Below are positions 18,029 through 28,195 of a stretch of 63,635 bases of DNA, piece by piece. The stretch is from an uncultured Muribaculaceae bacterium. GTDB taxonomy: Bacteria; Bacillota_I; Bacilli_A; RF39; UBA660. Location: contig CAZJSD010000001.1 in the NCBI GenBank assembly GCA_964548815.1, positions 1 through 63,635 of the forward strand, read 5' to 3'. A program made the position numbers and the translations under genes. The first letter of the stretch is position 1, and the number at the start of each line of letters is the position of its first letter. Under the pieces are notes generated by a model. The model had not been told where the DNA came from. It worked only from the letters and a program-made list of their open reading frames with translations, and ran no database searches.

Positions 18029-19335
18029 CTTTGAAAGAAGGTGAAAAAATCGCAGTAACATCAATTTGGAAAGTTAATAATAAATTAAAAAGAGTAATTG
18101 ATTATATATCTAATAGCGAAAAGACATATTCTTCAGATATGGATTTTTTTAATTCTTTAGAATTGGAAGATAATGATATAACAAAAGAAGAAAAATTATT
18201 AGTAAGTGGAATAAATTGTAGTTCAGACAATACCTATGAAGATATGATGTTAACAAAAGAAAGATTTAATAAAAAAGATGGAATATTAGCTTTTCATACA
18301 ATTCAATCATTTAATGATGAAAATCTTACTCCAGAACTTGTCCATAAAATAGGGATTAAGTTTGCTAAAGAAGTATGGGGTGATAGATTTGAAGTATTAG
18401 TTTGTACTCATAGAAATACAGAACATTATCATAATCATTTTTTAATTAACTCAGTATCTTTTATAGATGGTAAAAAATATTATGCTAATAAAAGTTCTTA
18501 TGCCTTTATTAGAGAAGTTTCTGATTCTTTATGTGAAGAATATGGACTATCTATTATTAATAAAACAGAGTCCTTTAAATATGATTTAAAAAAGACAGAT
18601 TATTTTAAAAAAGATAATTACTATAAAACTGCTAAATCTGATATAGATACTGCTATAGAAAACGCAAAAAATTATTCTGATTTTGAAAGACAATTAAAAA
18701 TGATGAATTATGAAATAATATATAGAAATAATAAATTAAGTATAAGATCTAAAGACTTTAAAAGAAATATAAGAGTAGAAAGGTATTTTGGAGAAGATTA
18801 TTCAACAAAAAATATAATTAAAAGAATAAACAATTTATATATTCAAAATTCAAATAAAAAGAATTATATAAATAAAAAAAATATAAAGAAATATAAAAAG
18901 AATAGCTTAATTTATCTATATTATCATTATTTATATTTATTGAAATTATATAAAAATAATCCAAAGTATTTTAAATATAGTAAAGAATTAAAAAAAGATA
19001 TAGAAAAAATGAATAAAATATCGGAAGAATTTGATTATCTTGGTAGAAATAAACTTAAAACTAATGAGGATATAAATAAGTTTATGAATATAAAAGAACA
19101 ACAGTTAAATTTTTATAAGGATAAAAGAGAAAAGTTATGGAAGAAATATAAAAGAGTAGATGACATTACTAAAGAAACAATAATAGAAGAATTAAATCAA
19201 AATGAAAAAGTAATAGATAATCTAAAATTAGATGTTAAAACATGTGAAGAAATAATTAATAGAAGAAATAATATATTTAAAAATATAAACAAAATAGAAA
19301 AGGAGGTATTAATAGATTATGAACACATCAGGTGA
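18016..19335 (+). CDS. relaxase/mobilisation nuclease (MobA/VirD2 superfamily); start codon uncertain
   Basis: His-triad region VCTHRNTEHYHNHFLINSV; Lys-rich coiled C-terminal half. N-terminus ...IAVTSIWKV resembles relaxase starts, but no canonical start lies next to the AAGGTG RBS. Confidence 0.85.
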   Translation: MFFFSLKEGEKIAVTSIWKVNNKLKRVIDYISNSEKTYSSDMDFFNSLELEDNDITKEEKLLVSGINCSSDNTYEDMMLTKERFNKKDGILAFHTIQSFNDENLTPELVHKIGIKFAKEVWGDRFEVLVCTHRNTEHYHNHFLINSVSFIDGKKYYANKSSYAFIREVSDSLCEEYGLSIINKTESFKYDLKKTDYFKKDNYYKTAKSDIDTAIENAKNYSDFERQLKMMNYEIIYRNNKLSIRSKDFKRNIRVERYFGEDYSTKNIIKRINNLYIQNSNKKNYINKKNIKKYKKNSLIYLYYHYLYLLKLYKNNPKYFKYSKELKKDIEKMNKISEEFDYLGRNKLKTNEDINKFMNIKEQQLNFYKDKREKLWKKYKRVDDITKETIIEELNQNEKVIDNLKLDVKTCEEIINRRNNIFKNINKIEKEVLIDYEHIR

Positions 19336-19924
19336 CGCTGCTGAAAGCATTGTGAAATTTTCTATAGAAGGTGTTGAAGTGGCTGCAAAAATTACAGGAA
19401 CAACTGCAAAAGAAATAGGAGTTTTACTTTATGCTTTATTAAAAGATAAAAAACAAACTAAAGGTAAAACTACATTAACTAATATGTTAAAGTCAGGTAA
19501 AGAATTAAAAATTTTTACTATTAAACAAGAAGATTTTAAGAAATTTGCATCTGAGGCAAAAAGATATGGAATTTTATATTGCGCTTTAGTAAATGCCAAG
19601 AATAAAGATAAAGATGGAATAATAGATATTATGGTTAAAACTGAAGATGCTGCTAGAATAAATCGAATTGTAGATAGATTTATAGTAAATTATGATGAAG
19701 CTACTATTAAAAGTGAAATAAATAAAACAAGAGAAAAATCATCAAACCCGTCTTCGGCCAAAACAGAAAAAAACCCTCTGTCAAAGCCTTCATCACAAAT
19801 GCAAAGAACTTCAGGTCAGGGTACTAAACCTAGAAAGTCAGTAAGGAAAAAACTTGAAGAAATTAAAAAAGGTTTAGAAAAACAACCTAGAAAACAAAAA
19901 GTTAAAAGTGAGAAAGTAAAATAA
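19319..19924 (+). CDS. PcfB/DUF3801-like conjugation accessory protein
   Basis: N-terminal pattern ...AESIVKFSIEGVEVAAKITGTTAKEIGVLLYALLK... and a basic C-terminal tail, as seen next to relaxases in Firmicute ICEs. Confidence 0.7.
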   Translation: MNTSGDAAESIVKFSIEGVEVAAKITGTTAKEIGVLLYALLKDKKQTKGKTTLTNMLKSGKELKIFTIKQEDFKKFASEAKRYGILYCALVNAKNKDKDGIIDIMVKTEDAARINRIVDRFIVNYDEATIKSEINKTREKSSNPSSAKTEKNPLSKPSSQMQRTSGQGTKPRKSVRKKLEEIKKGLEKQPRKQKVKSEKVK

Positions 19925-20121
19925 TGAAGAAAGAATTAAAAGTAATAGATTTTGATAAATATGAAATAAGAATAATTATTACAGCTCTTAACGATTTAAG
20001 AAACAGATTATTAAATGAAGATAAAGATACTTTTAATGTAGATGAATTATTATTAAAAGTATTGGATGCTCCAGAGAAAAAGAGATATTTTTCTAAAAGT
20101 CATTTTTTAGGTGAAAGATGA
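19924..20121 (+). CDS. small hypothetical protein (65 aa)
   Basis: Tightly coupled (TAATG) to the preceding gene and overlaps the T4CP start. Confidence 0.5.
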   Translation: MKKELKVIDFDKYEIRIIITALNDLRNRLLNEDKDTFNVDELLLKVLDAPEKKRYFSKSHFLGER

Positions 20122-21926
20122 AAAAAGAAGATATTATTTTATTTTTAATTGGTTTAATGATAATGATATGGTTAGGATTATTATTAGCGCCAGTAATTGA
20201 TAAAGGATTATTTGACATTATTGATTATATATCTAAGTTAAATAATCCTTTTAATATATCTTTTTATAGTAATTCATTTAAATCAGTTATAATTATTGTT
20301 TTAATTTATTCATTAATTATGTTTGTTTATTTTGAATCAAGAAGAAATTATAGAAAAGGAGAAGAATATGGTTCTGCAAAATGGGGAAATAAAAGGAATA
20401 TAAAAAAGGAATATACACAAGAACCAATAGAACAAAATAAGATATTAACTAAAAATGTATCTATAGGTTTAAATACAAAAAAACATAGAAGAAATCTAAA
20501 CACTATAGTAATTGGTGGATCTGGTGCAGGTAAAACAAGATTTTATGCAAAGCCTAATATAATGCAGGCAAATACATCTTTTGTAGTTTTAGATCCAAAA
20601 GGTGAAATATTAAGAGATACTGGGAACTTATTAAAAGAAAAAGGATATGAAATAAAAGTATTAGATTTAATAAATATGGAAAAAAGTCATTGTTATAATC
20701 CATTTGTTTATATTAACTCAGATAATGATATACAAAAATTAGTAACAAACATATTTAAATCAACTACACCAAAAGGGAGTGTTGCTCAAGATCCGTTTTG
20801 GGATACTATGGCGGCTGCTTTATTAAATGCTTTAATGTTTTATTTATGGTATGAGGCACCAGAAGAAGAACAAAACTTTTCTATGGTAATGGAAATGATA
20901 AGAGCTGGGGATATTAATGAAGAAGAGGATGATCATGCTACACCACTTGATTTATTATTTAATCAATTAGAGTATGAAAATCCAAATCATGTAGCACTTA
21001 AATATTATAGAAGTTATAGAAGTGGATCTGCTAAAACATTAAAATCTATATTAGTAACTTTAGTGAGTAGATTAGAAAAATTTAATTTACCAACAGTAGC
21101 ATCCCTAACACAATATGATGAAATGGACTTATCTAGTATAGGTGAAGTTAAAACAGCAATATTTGCAATTATACCTGATAATGATCCATCATTTAATTTT
21201 TTAGTAAGTATATTATATACTCAGTTATTTCAACAACTATTTTATCTTGCAGATAAAAAGTATAGAGGATCATTACCAGTTCAAGTTCATTTTTTGATGG
21301 ATGAGTTTGCCAATGTATCTCTTCCTGACGATTTTGAAAAAATATTATCAGTAATGAGATCTAGAGGTATTTTTGTTTCTATAATATTACAAAATCTAGC
21401 ACAATTAAAAGCTTTATTTGAAAAACAATGGGAATCCATTGTAGGTAATTGTGATGAATTCTTATATTTAGGTGGTATGGAGCAATCCACACATAAGTAT
21501 ATATCTGAATTTTTAGGAAAAGAAACAATAGATACTAATACATATGGATATACAAAAGGAAGAAATGGTAGTTATTCAACAAACTATCAAATAAATGGAA
21601 GAGAATTATTAACTCCAGATGAAATTAGATTATTAAATAATGACTATTCTATTTTATTTATAAGAGGTGAAAGACCTATAAAAGATAGAAAATATAATAT
21701 ACTAAAACATTCAAATGTTAAGCTATCTGTAGATGGTGGTGGAAAAGAATATGAGCATGGAAGTGTAGAGTATTCAACAGCATCTATTAATTTGGATTTT
21801 AATATTAACACTAAAGATTTAAAACTAGGTAGGGTTAATGCTAAAAATTATGTATTATTATCATCCGAAGAATTGGATGATTTTTTTAATAAAAAGAAAG
21901 AAGGTATTAAAAATGAAAAGAAATAA
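20118..21926 (+). CDS. type IV coupling protein (VirD4/TraG-like)
   Basis: Two N-terminal TM segments, Walker A IGGSGAGKTRF, Walker B-like FLMDEFAN. Confidence 0.92.
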   Translation: MKKEDIILFLIGLMIMIWLGLLLAPVIDKGLFDIIDYISKLNNPFNISFYSNSFKSVIIIVLIYSLIMFVYFESRRNYRKGEEYGSAKWGNKRNIKKEYTQEPIEQNKILTKNVSIGLNTKKHRRNLNTIVIGGSGAGKTRFYAKPNIMQANTSFVVLDPKGEILRDTGNLLKEKGYEIKVLDLINMEKSHCYNPFVYINSDNDIQKLVTNIFKSTTPKGSVAQDPFWDTMAAALLNALMFYLWYEAPEEEQNFSMVMEMIRAGDINEEEDDHATPLDLLFNQLEYENPNHVALKYYRSYRSGSAKTLKSILVTLVSRLEKFNLPTVASLTQYDEMDLSSIGEVKTAIFAIIPDNDPSFNFLVSILYTQLFQQLFYLADKKYRGSLPVQVHFLMDEFANVSLPDDFEKILSVMRSRGIFVSIILQNLAQLKALFEKQWESIVGNCDEFLYLGGMEQSTHKYISEFLGKETIDTNTYGYTKGRNGSYSTNYQINGRELLTPDEIRLLNNDYSILFIRGERPIKDRKYNILKHSNVKLSVDGGGKEYEHGSVEYSTASINLDFNINTKDLKLGRVNAKNYVLLSSEELDDFFNKKKEGIKNEKK

Positions 21927-22212
21927 TAAATTTGTATTTTTGATAAGTTTATCAGTATTACTAAGTGTTTTAACTTTTACACCAAGAGTTATTGCTGCAA
22001 GTGATCCTATAGAAGTAGTAAATAATTTATCAGATTTTATTTTTACTGTTATAAGAGGAATAGGATTTATTATATTAGGTTTTTCTATAGTTCAATTTGG
22101 ACTTGCAATGAAAAGTCATGATCCATCTCAAAAAGCTAATAGTGTAATAGGATTTGTTGGTGGACTTTTTATAGTATTTGCTAAAGAAATTATTGATAAG
22201 ATAGTAGGATAA
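21913..22212 (+). CDS. small secreted/membrane T4SS component (VirB2/pilin-like topology)
   Basis: MKRNNKFVFLISLSVLLSVL signal followed by two hydrophobic helices; start moved from 21838. Confidence 0.55.
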   Translation: MKRNNKFVFLISLSVLLSVLTFTPRVIAASDPIEVVNNLSDFIFTVIRGIGFIILGFSIVQFGLAMKSHDPSQKANSVIGFVGGLFIVFAKEIIDKIVG

Positions 22213-22216
22213 GAAT

Positions 22217-23053
22217 ATGACTAATGATTGGATTATAGGTAATTTAAATCATGCATTAGAAACATGGAATTCGAAATTACTTGAAATATGGAGTTTAATA
22301 ACTGAAACTCCAGAGACTTTTAAAGGTGGAACAATTTGGAATATAATTGAAAATATCTATGATGGTATGCAGGCAATTGGACTAGCACTTCTTGTCTTGT
22401 TCTTTGTAGTAGGTGTTATGAAAACAGCCGGTTCCATAACAGAAATAAAAAGACCAGAACATGTAGTTAAGTTATTAATAAGATTTGCTTTAGCAAAATT
22501 AGTTATTACATATGGTATGGAACTTATGCTTTCAATATTTAAAATAACACAAGGAATTGTAGTAAAAATAATAGATATTGCTAATTTAAGTAAAATAACG
22601 GATACAAAATTACCAGATGTTATAAGTAAAGCAATTGAAAAAGTATCGTTTTTTGAATCTATACCTTTATGGATTGTAACTTTAATAGGTGGGTTAGTAG
22701 TAATAGTCTTATCATTTATTATGATTATGACTGTATATGGAAGATTCTTTAAATTATATTTATATACTGCAATAGCACCTATACCATTATCTACTTTTGC
22801 AGGTGAACCAACTTCACATGTAGGTAAAAGTTTTTTAAAGAGTTATACTGCAGTTTGTTTAGAGGGTGCAATCATTGTCCTCGCTTGTGTAATATTTAGT
22901 GTTTTTGCAAGTACATCACCAGTAGTTGATAGTGATACACCATTAGTTACTCAAGTATGGAAATATATAGGAGAATTAATATTTAATATGTTGGTTTTAG
23001 TAGGTACTATTAAAATGTCAGATAGAGTAGTAAGAGAAATGATGGGATTATAG
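22217..23053 (+). CDS. polytopic T4SS membrane protein (VirB6/TrbL-like)
   Basis: 278 aa with five to six TM segments, located between the T4CP and VirB4 genes. Confidence 0.72.
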   Translation: MTNDWIIGNLNHALETWNSKLLEIWSLITETPETFKGGTIWNIIENIYDGMQAIGLALLVLFFVVGVMKTAGSITEIKRPEHVVKLLIRFALAKLVITYGMELMLSIFKITQGIVVKIIDIANLSKITDTKLPDVISKAIEKVSFFESIPLWIVTLIGGLVVIVLSFIMIMTVYGRFFKLYLYTAIAPIPLSTFAGEPTSHVGKSFLKSYTAVCLEGAIIVLACVIFSVFASTSPVVDSDTPLVTQVWKYIGELIFNMLVLVGTIKMSDRVVREMMGL

Positions 23054-23066
23054 AAAGGAGAATAAA

Positions 23067-23447
23067 ATGAAATTAGTAACAAATGAATTAGAAAAAGAGT
23101 TAGAAAAGTATCCATTCCTAAGTCAAGATAAAGAAAAAGGTAATGCGAAAGTATTAGTTAAATACTTCAATCCAACTGGAGTTGGAACTTGGTATATAAC
23201 TGAGGCTGAAAAACAAGATGATAATAAATATTTATTTTTTGGTTATTGTCATTTAGGTGATGATGAAATGGCCGAATTAGGATATGTTAGTCAAGAAGCG
23301 TTAGAAAATATTAAATTGCCTTTTGGTTTAACTATAGAAAGAGATTTATATTTGGAAAAAAATATAAAACTAAAAGATGCATTAAAAAGAGATGGTATAA
23401 AAGTACCATCTTATTTATTAAATAAAAAAGAAAGAGAGGTAAGATAA
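23067..23447 (+). CDS. DUF2958-like protein
   Basis: ...VKYFNPTGVGTWYITEAE...FFGYCHLGDDEMAELGYVSQEALE...ERDLY pattern. Confidence 0.6.
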   Translation: MKLVTNELEKELEKYPFLSQDKEKGNAKVLVKYFNPTGVGTWYITEAEKQDDNKYLFFGYCHLGDDEMAELGYVSQEALENIKLPFGLTIERDLYLEKNIKLKDALKRDGIKVPSYLLNKKEREVR

Positions 23448-23959
23448 TGAGAAGACAATATGATGATTTTACACAATTAAAAATAAAAGATATGAGTAAA
23501 ACAATGAGTGATATGACTTTTGAATATATAAATCCAGAAACTCAAGAACCCACAAAAGTTCCTGCAGCTCATTACGAAAACATATTAAATCAAGTTCAAG
23601 AACAATATTTATCAGATATTACAAGCAGACAATTTCTAAATATAATGTATACACAATTATCTAATTTAAAGAAGGAAGATGAAAAATATTTTAACCAAGC
23701 ATTATTGTGCTTGGATTTAGGATTAAATCCAAAAGATTTAAGAATTAATGAACAAATAGCACTATCTTATACAGAAGATTATATAAATACTAAAAAAGAC
23801 GAAGAAAAGAAAAATTTTCATTTACTAAGTTCTGATATTATAGAACAATTTGTAGAATCTAAAAATGATCCTATTTTACAAGCACAAATTATTAGAGAAT
23901 CTAATTATATTGATAAAGAACAAAAATTACATAATAAATATGATAGAGATGTAAGATAA
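23447..23959 (+). CDS. hypothetical protein (170 aa)
   Basis: Translationally coupled ORF in the transfer operon. Confidence 0.55.
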   Translation: MRRQYDDFTQLKIKDMSKTMSDMTFEYINPETQEPTKVPAAHYENILNQVQEQYLSDITSRQFLNIMYTQLSNLKKEDEKYFNQALLCLDLGLNPKDLRINEQIALSYTEDYINTKKDEEKKNFHLLSSDIIEQFVESKNDPILQAQIIRESNYIDKEQKLHNKYDRDVR

Positions 23960-23960
23960 T

Positions 23961-24290
23961 ATGGAAGTAAAAATAAATAAAGAAATAAGAAACTATACAG
24001 AAGATATTTTTTTTGGATTGTCATTTAGACAATTCTTTTTTTCTGTTTTATCTTGCATAGTTGCAATAGCTATATATTTTGCATTTAAATCTATAGTAGG
24101 AAAAGAAGTAACATCCTGGTTATGTATGATTTGTGCTTTCCCTTTTATTATGTTAGGCTTTTTTAAATATAATGGTTTACCTACAGAAAGAATAATTAAA
24201 TTTATAATAAAGAATCATGTATTAACACCAAAAAAATTATTATTTAAACCAGTAAATTTTTATAAATTATTAATTGGAGGTATAAAATGA
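23961..24290 (+). CDS. PrgI/VirB3-like small membrane protein
   Basis: 109 aa with two TM segments, immediately upstream of and overlapping VirB4. Confidence 0.65.
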   Translation: MEVKINKEIRNYTEDIFFGLSFRQFFFSVLSCIVAIAIYFAFKSIVGKEVTSWLCMICAFPFIMLGFFKYNGLPTERIIKFIIKNHVLTPKKLLFKPVNFYKLLIGGIK

Positions 24291-26620
24291 AAACTATAAA
24301 GAAATTATTTAAACAAAATAAGGATCAGTTAAGAGTTCCTAAAAGTGTTCAATCAGTAATACCAATTGATACAATATATGATAATGGTATTTTTAAAGTA
24401 TCAAAGAATATGTATTCTGTTTGTTTTAGATTTACAGATATTAATTATGCAGTAGCGTCTAAAAGTGATAAAGAAACTATGTTTTTAAAATATAGTGAAT
24501 TATTAAATTCATTTGATGCGGATGCCACTACCAAAATAACAATATTAAATAGAAAAATAAATTATAATGATTTTGAAAAAAATATAATGATTAAAAATAA
24601 TAAAGATAAATTAGATAAATTTAGAAAAGAATATAATGATATGTTAAAACAAAAAATAGTGGATTCAAATTCAATAATTCAAGAAAAATATTTAACTGTT
24701 TCTGTTAATAAAAAGAGTTTAGAAGAAGCAAAAAATTATTTTTCAAGAATTAGTGGTGACCTAAAAAATTATTTTAATGATTTAGGTTCAAAGTGTTATC
24801 AATTATCTACTATAGATAGACTAAGATTACTTTATGATTTCTATAGAGAAGGAGAAGAAAATTCATTTTGTTTTGATATTCAAGATGACATGAAAAAAGG
24901 ACATTCTTTTAAAGATTATATATGCCCAGATACTTTTTCTTTTCATAGTGATTATTTTGAAATGGGTAATAAGTATGGAAGATCTTTCTTTTTAAAATAT
25001 TATGCTAATTATATTAGGGATGACATGGTTTCTGAGTTAACAGCTATAGAAAGGAATATGGTTTTTAGTATTGATGTTATACCAGTTCCTATGGATGAAG
25101 CAATTAGAGAAGTTGATAATATTAAACTAGGAGTTGAAACTAATATTGCTAATTGGCAAAGAAGACAAAATAATAATAACAATTTTAGTGCAGTTATTCC
25201 TTATAATATGGAGCAACAAAGAATAGAATCTAAAGATGTGTTAGATGATTTAACTACAAGAGATCAAAGGATGTTCTTGTGTACTATTACAATGACATTT
25301 ACAGCAAATTCAAAAGAAGAATTAAATAATATAACTGATAGTTTATTATCAACTGCAAGAAAACATCTATGTCAACTTGGGATTTTAAAATTCCAACAAA
25401 TTGATGGATTAAACACTTCACTTCCTATTGGAGTAAGACAAATTGATACATTAAGAACTTTAATAACTGAAAGTTTAGCTGTTTTTATGCCGTTTAGAGT
25501 TCAAGAAATTAATCACACAAATGGAATATATTATGGAGAAAATGTGATAAGTAAAAATATGATTATAGCAGATAGAAAACAATTATTAAATGGAAATTCA
25601 TTTATATTGGGAGTCTCAGGTTCTGGTAAATCATTCGCTGCTAAAAACGAAATAGTTAACTTAATGTTAAATGATCCAAATTCTGATATTTTGGTAATTG
25701 ATCCAGAAAGAGAGTATGGAGAACTTATAAAATCGTTGTATGGAGAAGTAATACATATTTCAGCAACGAGTAGTAATCATATAAATGCTCTTGATTTAAA
25801 TAGTGAATATGGTGATGGTGCAAATCCAGTAACTTTAAAATCAGAATTCTTATTATCACTATGTGAACAGTTAATAGGTAATAAAAACTTGGGCCCGAAA
25901 GAAAAATCTATTATAGATAGATGTACTGCAAAAGTTTATAGAATTTATCAACAAGGGAATTATCAAGGTGTTCCACCAACACTTCAAGATTTTAGAGAAG
26001 AGTTATTAAAACAAGAAGAACAAGAAGCAAAGGATATAGCTTTATCATTAGAATTATATATAAATGGTTCTTTAAATACATTTGCTAATAATACTAATGT
26101 TGATACAAATAATAGGTTAATTTGCTACGACATCTTAGATTTAGGTAAGGAATTAAAGAAAGTAGGAATGCTAGTAATTTTAGATAATATTTTAAATAGA
26201 ATTACTTTAAATAGAAAAAAAGGTAAAAATACATATATATTTATTGATGAAATATATTTATTGTTTCAGGAAGAATATACCTCTAATTTCTTATTTACTT
26301 TGTGGAAAAGAGTGAGAAAGTATGGAGCGTATGCTACAGGAATTACTCAAAATGTAGATGATCTTTTGCAATCACATACAGCACGAACAATGCTTGCTAA
26401 TTCTGAGTTTATTATGATGCTTAATCAAGCTGCGACTGATAGACAAGAATTAGCAAAACTACTAAATATTTCATCTCAACAAATGTCATACATTACTAAT
26501 GCAGATGCAGGATCTGGATTAATTAAAGTAGGTAGTTTTATTATTCCGTTTAAAAATGAATTTCCAATTAATACACAACTTTACAAATTAATGACAACAA
26601 AACCTAGTGAAAAAAAATAG
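24287..26620 (+). CDS. VirB4-like conjugal transfer ATPase
   Basis: Walker A LGVSGSGKSF, Walker B IFIDEIYLLF; 777 aa. Confidence 0.92.
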   Translation: MKTIKKLFKQNKDQLRVPKSVQSVIPIDTIYDNGIFKVSKNMYSVCFRFTDINYAVASKSDKETMFLKYSELLNSFDADATTKITILNRKINYNDFEKNIMIKNNKDKLDKFRKEYNDMLKQKIVDSNSIIQEKYLTVSVNKKSLEEAKNYFSRISGDLKNYFNDLGSKCYQLSTIDRLRLLYDFYREGEENSFCFDIQDDMKKGHSFKDYICPDTFSFHSDYFEMGNKYGRSFFLKYYANYIRDDMVSELTAIERNMVFSIDVIPVPMDEAIREVDNIKLGVETNIANWQRRQNNNNNFSAVIPYNMEQQRIESKDVLDDLTTRDQRMFLCTITMTFTANSKEELNNITDSLLSTARKHLCQLGILKFQQIDGLNTSLPIGVRQIDTLRTLITESLAVFMPFRVQEINHTNGIYYGENVISKNMIIADRKQLLNGNSFILGVSGSGKSFAAKNEIVNLMLNDPNSDILVIDPEREYGELIKSLYGEVIHISATSSNHINALDLNSEYGDGANPVTLKSEFLLSLCEQLIGNKNLGPKEKSIIDRCTAKVYRIYQQGNYQGVPPTLQDFREELLKQEEQEAKDIALSLELYINGSLNTFANNTNVDTNNRLICYDILDLGKELKKVGMLVILDNILNRITLNRKKGKNTYIFIDEIYLLFQEEYTSNFLFTLWKRVRKYGAYATGITQNVDDLLQSHTARTMLANSEFIMMLNQAATDRQELAKLLNISSQQMSYITNADAGSGLIKVGSFIIPFKNEFPINTQLYKLMTTKPSEKK

Positions 26621-26663
26621 ATTCTAATTTAAAAATCAAATATTTAAAAAAGAAGGTGATTTT

Positions 26664-28082
26664 TTGATAATAAGAGAAAAGAATAAAATAATTAAGACAT
26701 TAGATAAAAATAAAGAATTATATAATAGTACTAAACATAATTATGAAGAATTAAATAAAAATGAAGATAGTGCTACTATGTATGCTCAAAACAATATGAA
26801 AAATGGAGTTATTAAATCTATAAAATTATTAAAAAATGAAAGCGATAAATTTATAAAAAAAGTAAATAATAAAATAACAAAAAAAACAGTAAAAGTAGCA
26901 AAGAAAAATGTTTCTAAGGCTGCAAAGCAAACAAAAATGAATGTAGAAAGAGCAAGACAATTGGCTATAAAAACTACTAGAGTTACAATTAAAATAAGTA
27001 AAATAATAGGAAAAGCAATAATTTCATTAATAAAAGAAGTTGTTGCTTTTTTTAAATCAATTGTTGGGTTGATTATGTCACTAAGTACTATTGCGATAAT
27101 AATTATTATTGTTATTTGTGTTATAGCTTTATTATGCCTAACCGTATATGGTATTTTTCTTTCAAATGAGAAAACTAGTGTTAATGATATTAAGATGTCA
27201 GATGTAATATCCGAATGTAACATTGAATTAGCACAAAAAATAGAAGATATAAAAAGTAAAAATAATTATGAAGAAATTATTATTAATTCAAATAGAGCAA
27301 ATTGGAATGATATTTTATTAATATATACTGTAAAAATATCTAATGGCTTAAATCAAAGTGAAATAATGACTATAGATGAAGATAAAAAAAATACTTTGAA
27401 AAAGATATTTTGGGATATGAATATAATTACATCAGAAGTAAAAACAGCATTAATAGATGAAGATATGACTGATAAAAAAGGAATTCCTAAAAAGATTCAA
27501 AAAAGAGTTTTATATATTAATATTAAAGGTAAAAGTATCGATGAAATGAAACAATTATATAATTTCAATTTTTCACAAATAAATCAATTAGAAGAACTAA
27601 ATCAGGGAAAATATAGTTTACTATGGAATAGTGCAATTTATGGTGGTGAAAAAGGAAATTCTGATGTGGTTTCAATTGCTTTGAAAGAAGTAGGTAATGT
27701 TGGTGGAGAACCATACTGGAGATGGTATGGATTTGATGAAAGAGTAGAATGGTGTGCTTGTTTTGTTTCTTGGGTAGCTAATCAAGCAGGATATATAGAA
27801 AAAAATATAATACCAAAATTTGCTGGTTGTGAAACAGGAGTAAATTGGTTCAAAGCAATGAATGAGTGGAGAGAACCAGGATATGTACCGAAACCTGGTG
27901 ATATTATATTTTTCGATTGGGAAGTAGATGGGTCAGTTAGCCATGTTGGAATAGTTGAAAAAGTAGAAAATGATACTATTTATACTATAGAAGGTAATTC
28001 AATTAATGACGATTGTCAAAAAAGGTTATATTCAATTAATAATAAATTTATTTATGGATTTGGTGTACCAGATTATAGATGA
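26664..28082 (+). CDS. membrane-anchored CHAP-domain peptidoglycan hydrolase (VirB1 analogue)
   Basis: TTG start with GAAGGTGA RBS; internal TM segment; C-terminal CHAP motifs WCACFVSW (Cys) and SHVGIVE (His). Confidence 0.85.
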   Translation: MIIREKNKIIKTLDKNKELYNSTKHNYEELNKNEDSATMYAQNNMKNGVIKSIKLLKNESDKFIKKVNNKITKKTVKVAKKNVSKAAKQTKMNVERARQLAIKTTRVTIKISKIIGKAIISLIKEVVAFFKSIVGLIMSLSTIAIIIIIVICVIALLCLTVYGIFLSNEKTSVNDIKMSDVISECNIELAQKIEDIKSKNNYEEIIINSNRANWNDILLIYTVKISNGLNQSEIMTIDEDKKNTLKKIFWDMNIITSEVKTALIDEDMTDKKGIPKKIQKRVLYINIKGKSIDEMKQLYNFNFSQINQLEELNQGKYSLLWNSAIYGGEKGNSDVVSIALKEVGNVGGEPYWRWYGFDERVEWCACFVSWVANQAGYIEKNIIPKFAGCETGVNWFKAMNEWREPGYVPKPGDIIFFDWEVDGSVSHVGIVEKVENDTIYTIEGNSINDDCQKRLYSINNKFIYGFGVPDYR

Positions 28083-28106
28083 TTAAATATTTTAAAAATG
28101 TAAATC

Positions 28107-28167
28107 TGCATTTAAAATGCAAAAATGCAACAAAAATATTGACTTTTTTTAAATGTTATAATATTAT
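28107..28167 (+). promoter_or_regulatory. palindromic operator plus promoter of the LysR gene
   Basis: TGCATTT-A-AAATGCA palindrome (28107-28121), then AAAATGCAACAAAAAT, then TTGACT (28139-28144), 17 nt, TATTAT (28162-28167). Confidence 0.45.
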
Positions 28168-28195
28168 ATGTATCAACAAAAAAGGGGAGATTTTT

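Noticed and set aside
28079-28195. N-terminal extensions given by the ORF track. Examples are LysR from 28079, the radical-SAM gene from 29126, rimP from 98, nusA from 382, the fibre-like genes from 32663 and 33766, the endolysin from 42293 and the permease from 56149.
   Set aside because: The extensions run through promoters, terminators or the preceding gene and lack an RBS. In each case an internal ATG with a strong GGAGG-type RBS gives the conserved N-terminus.
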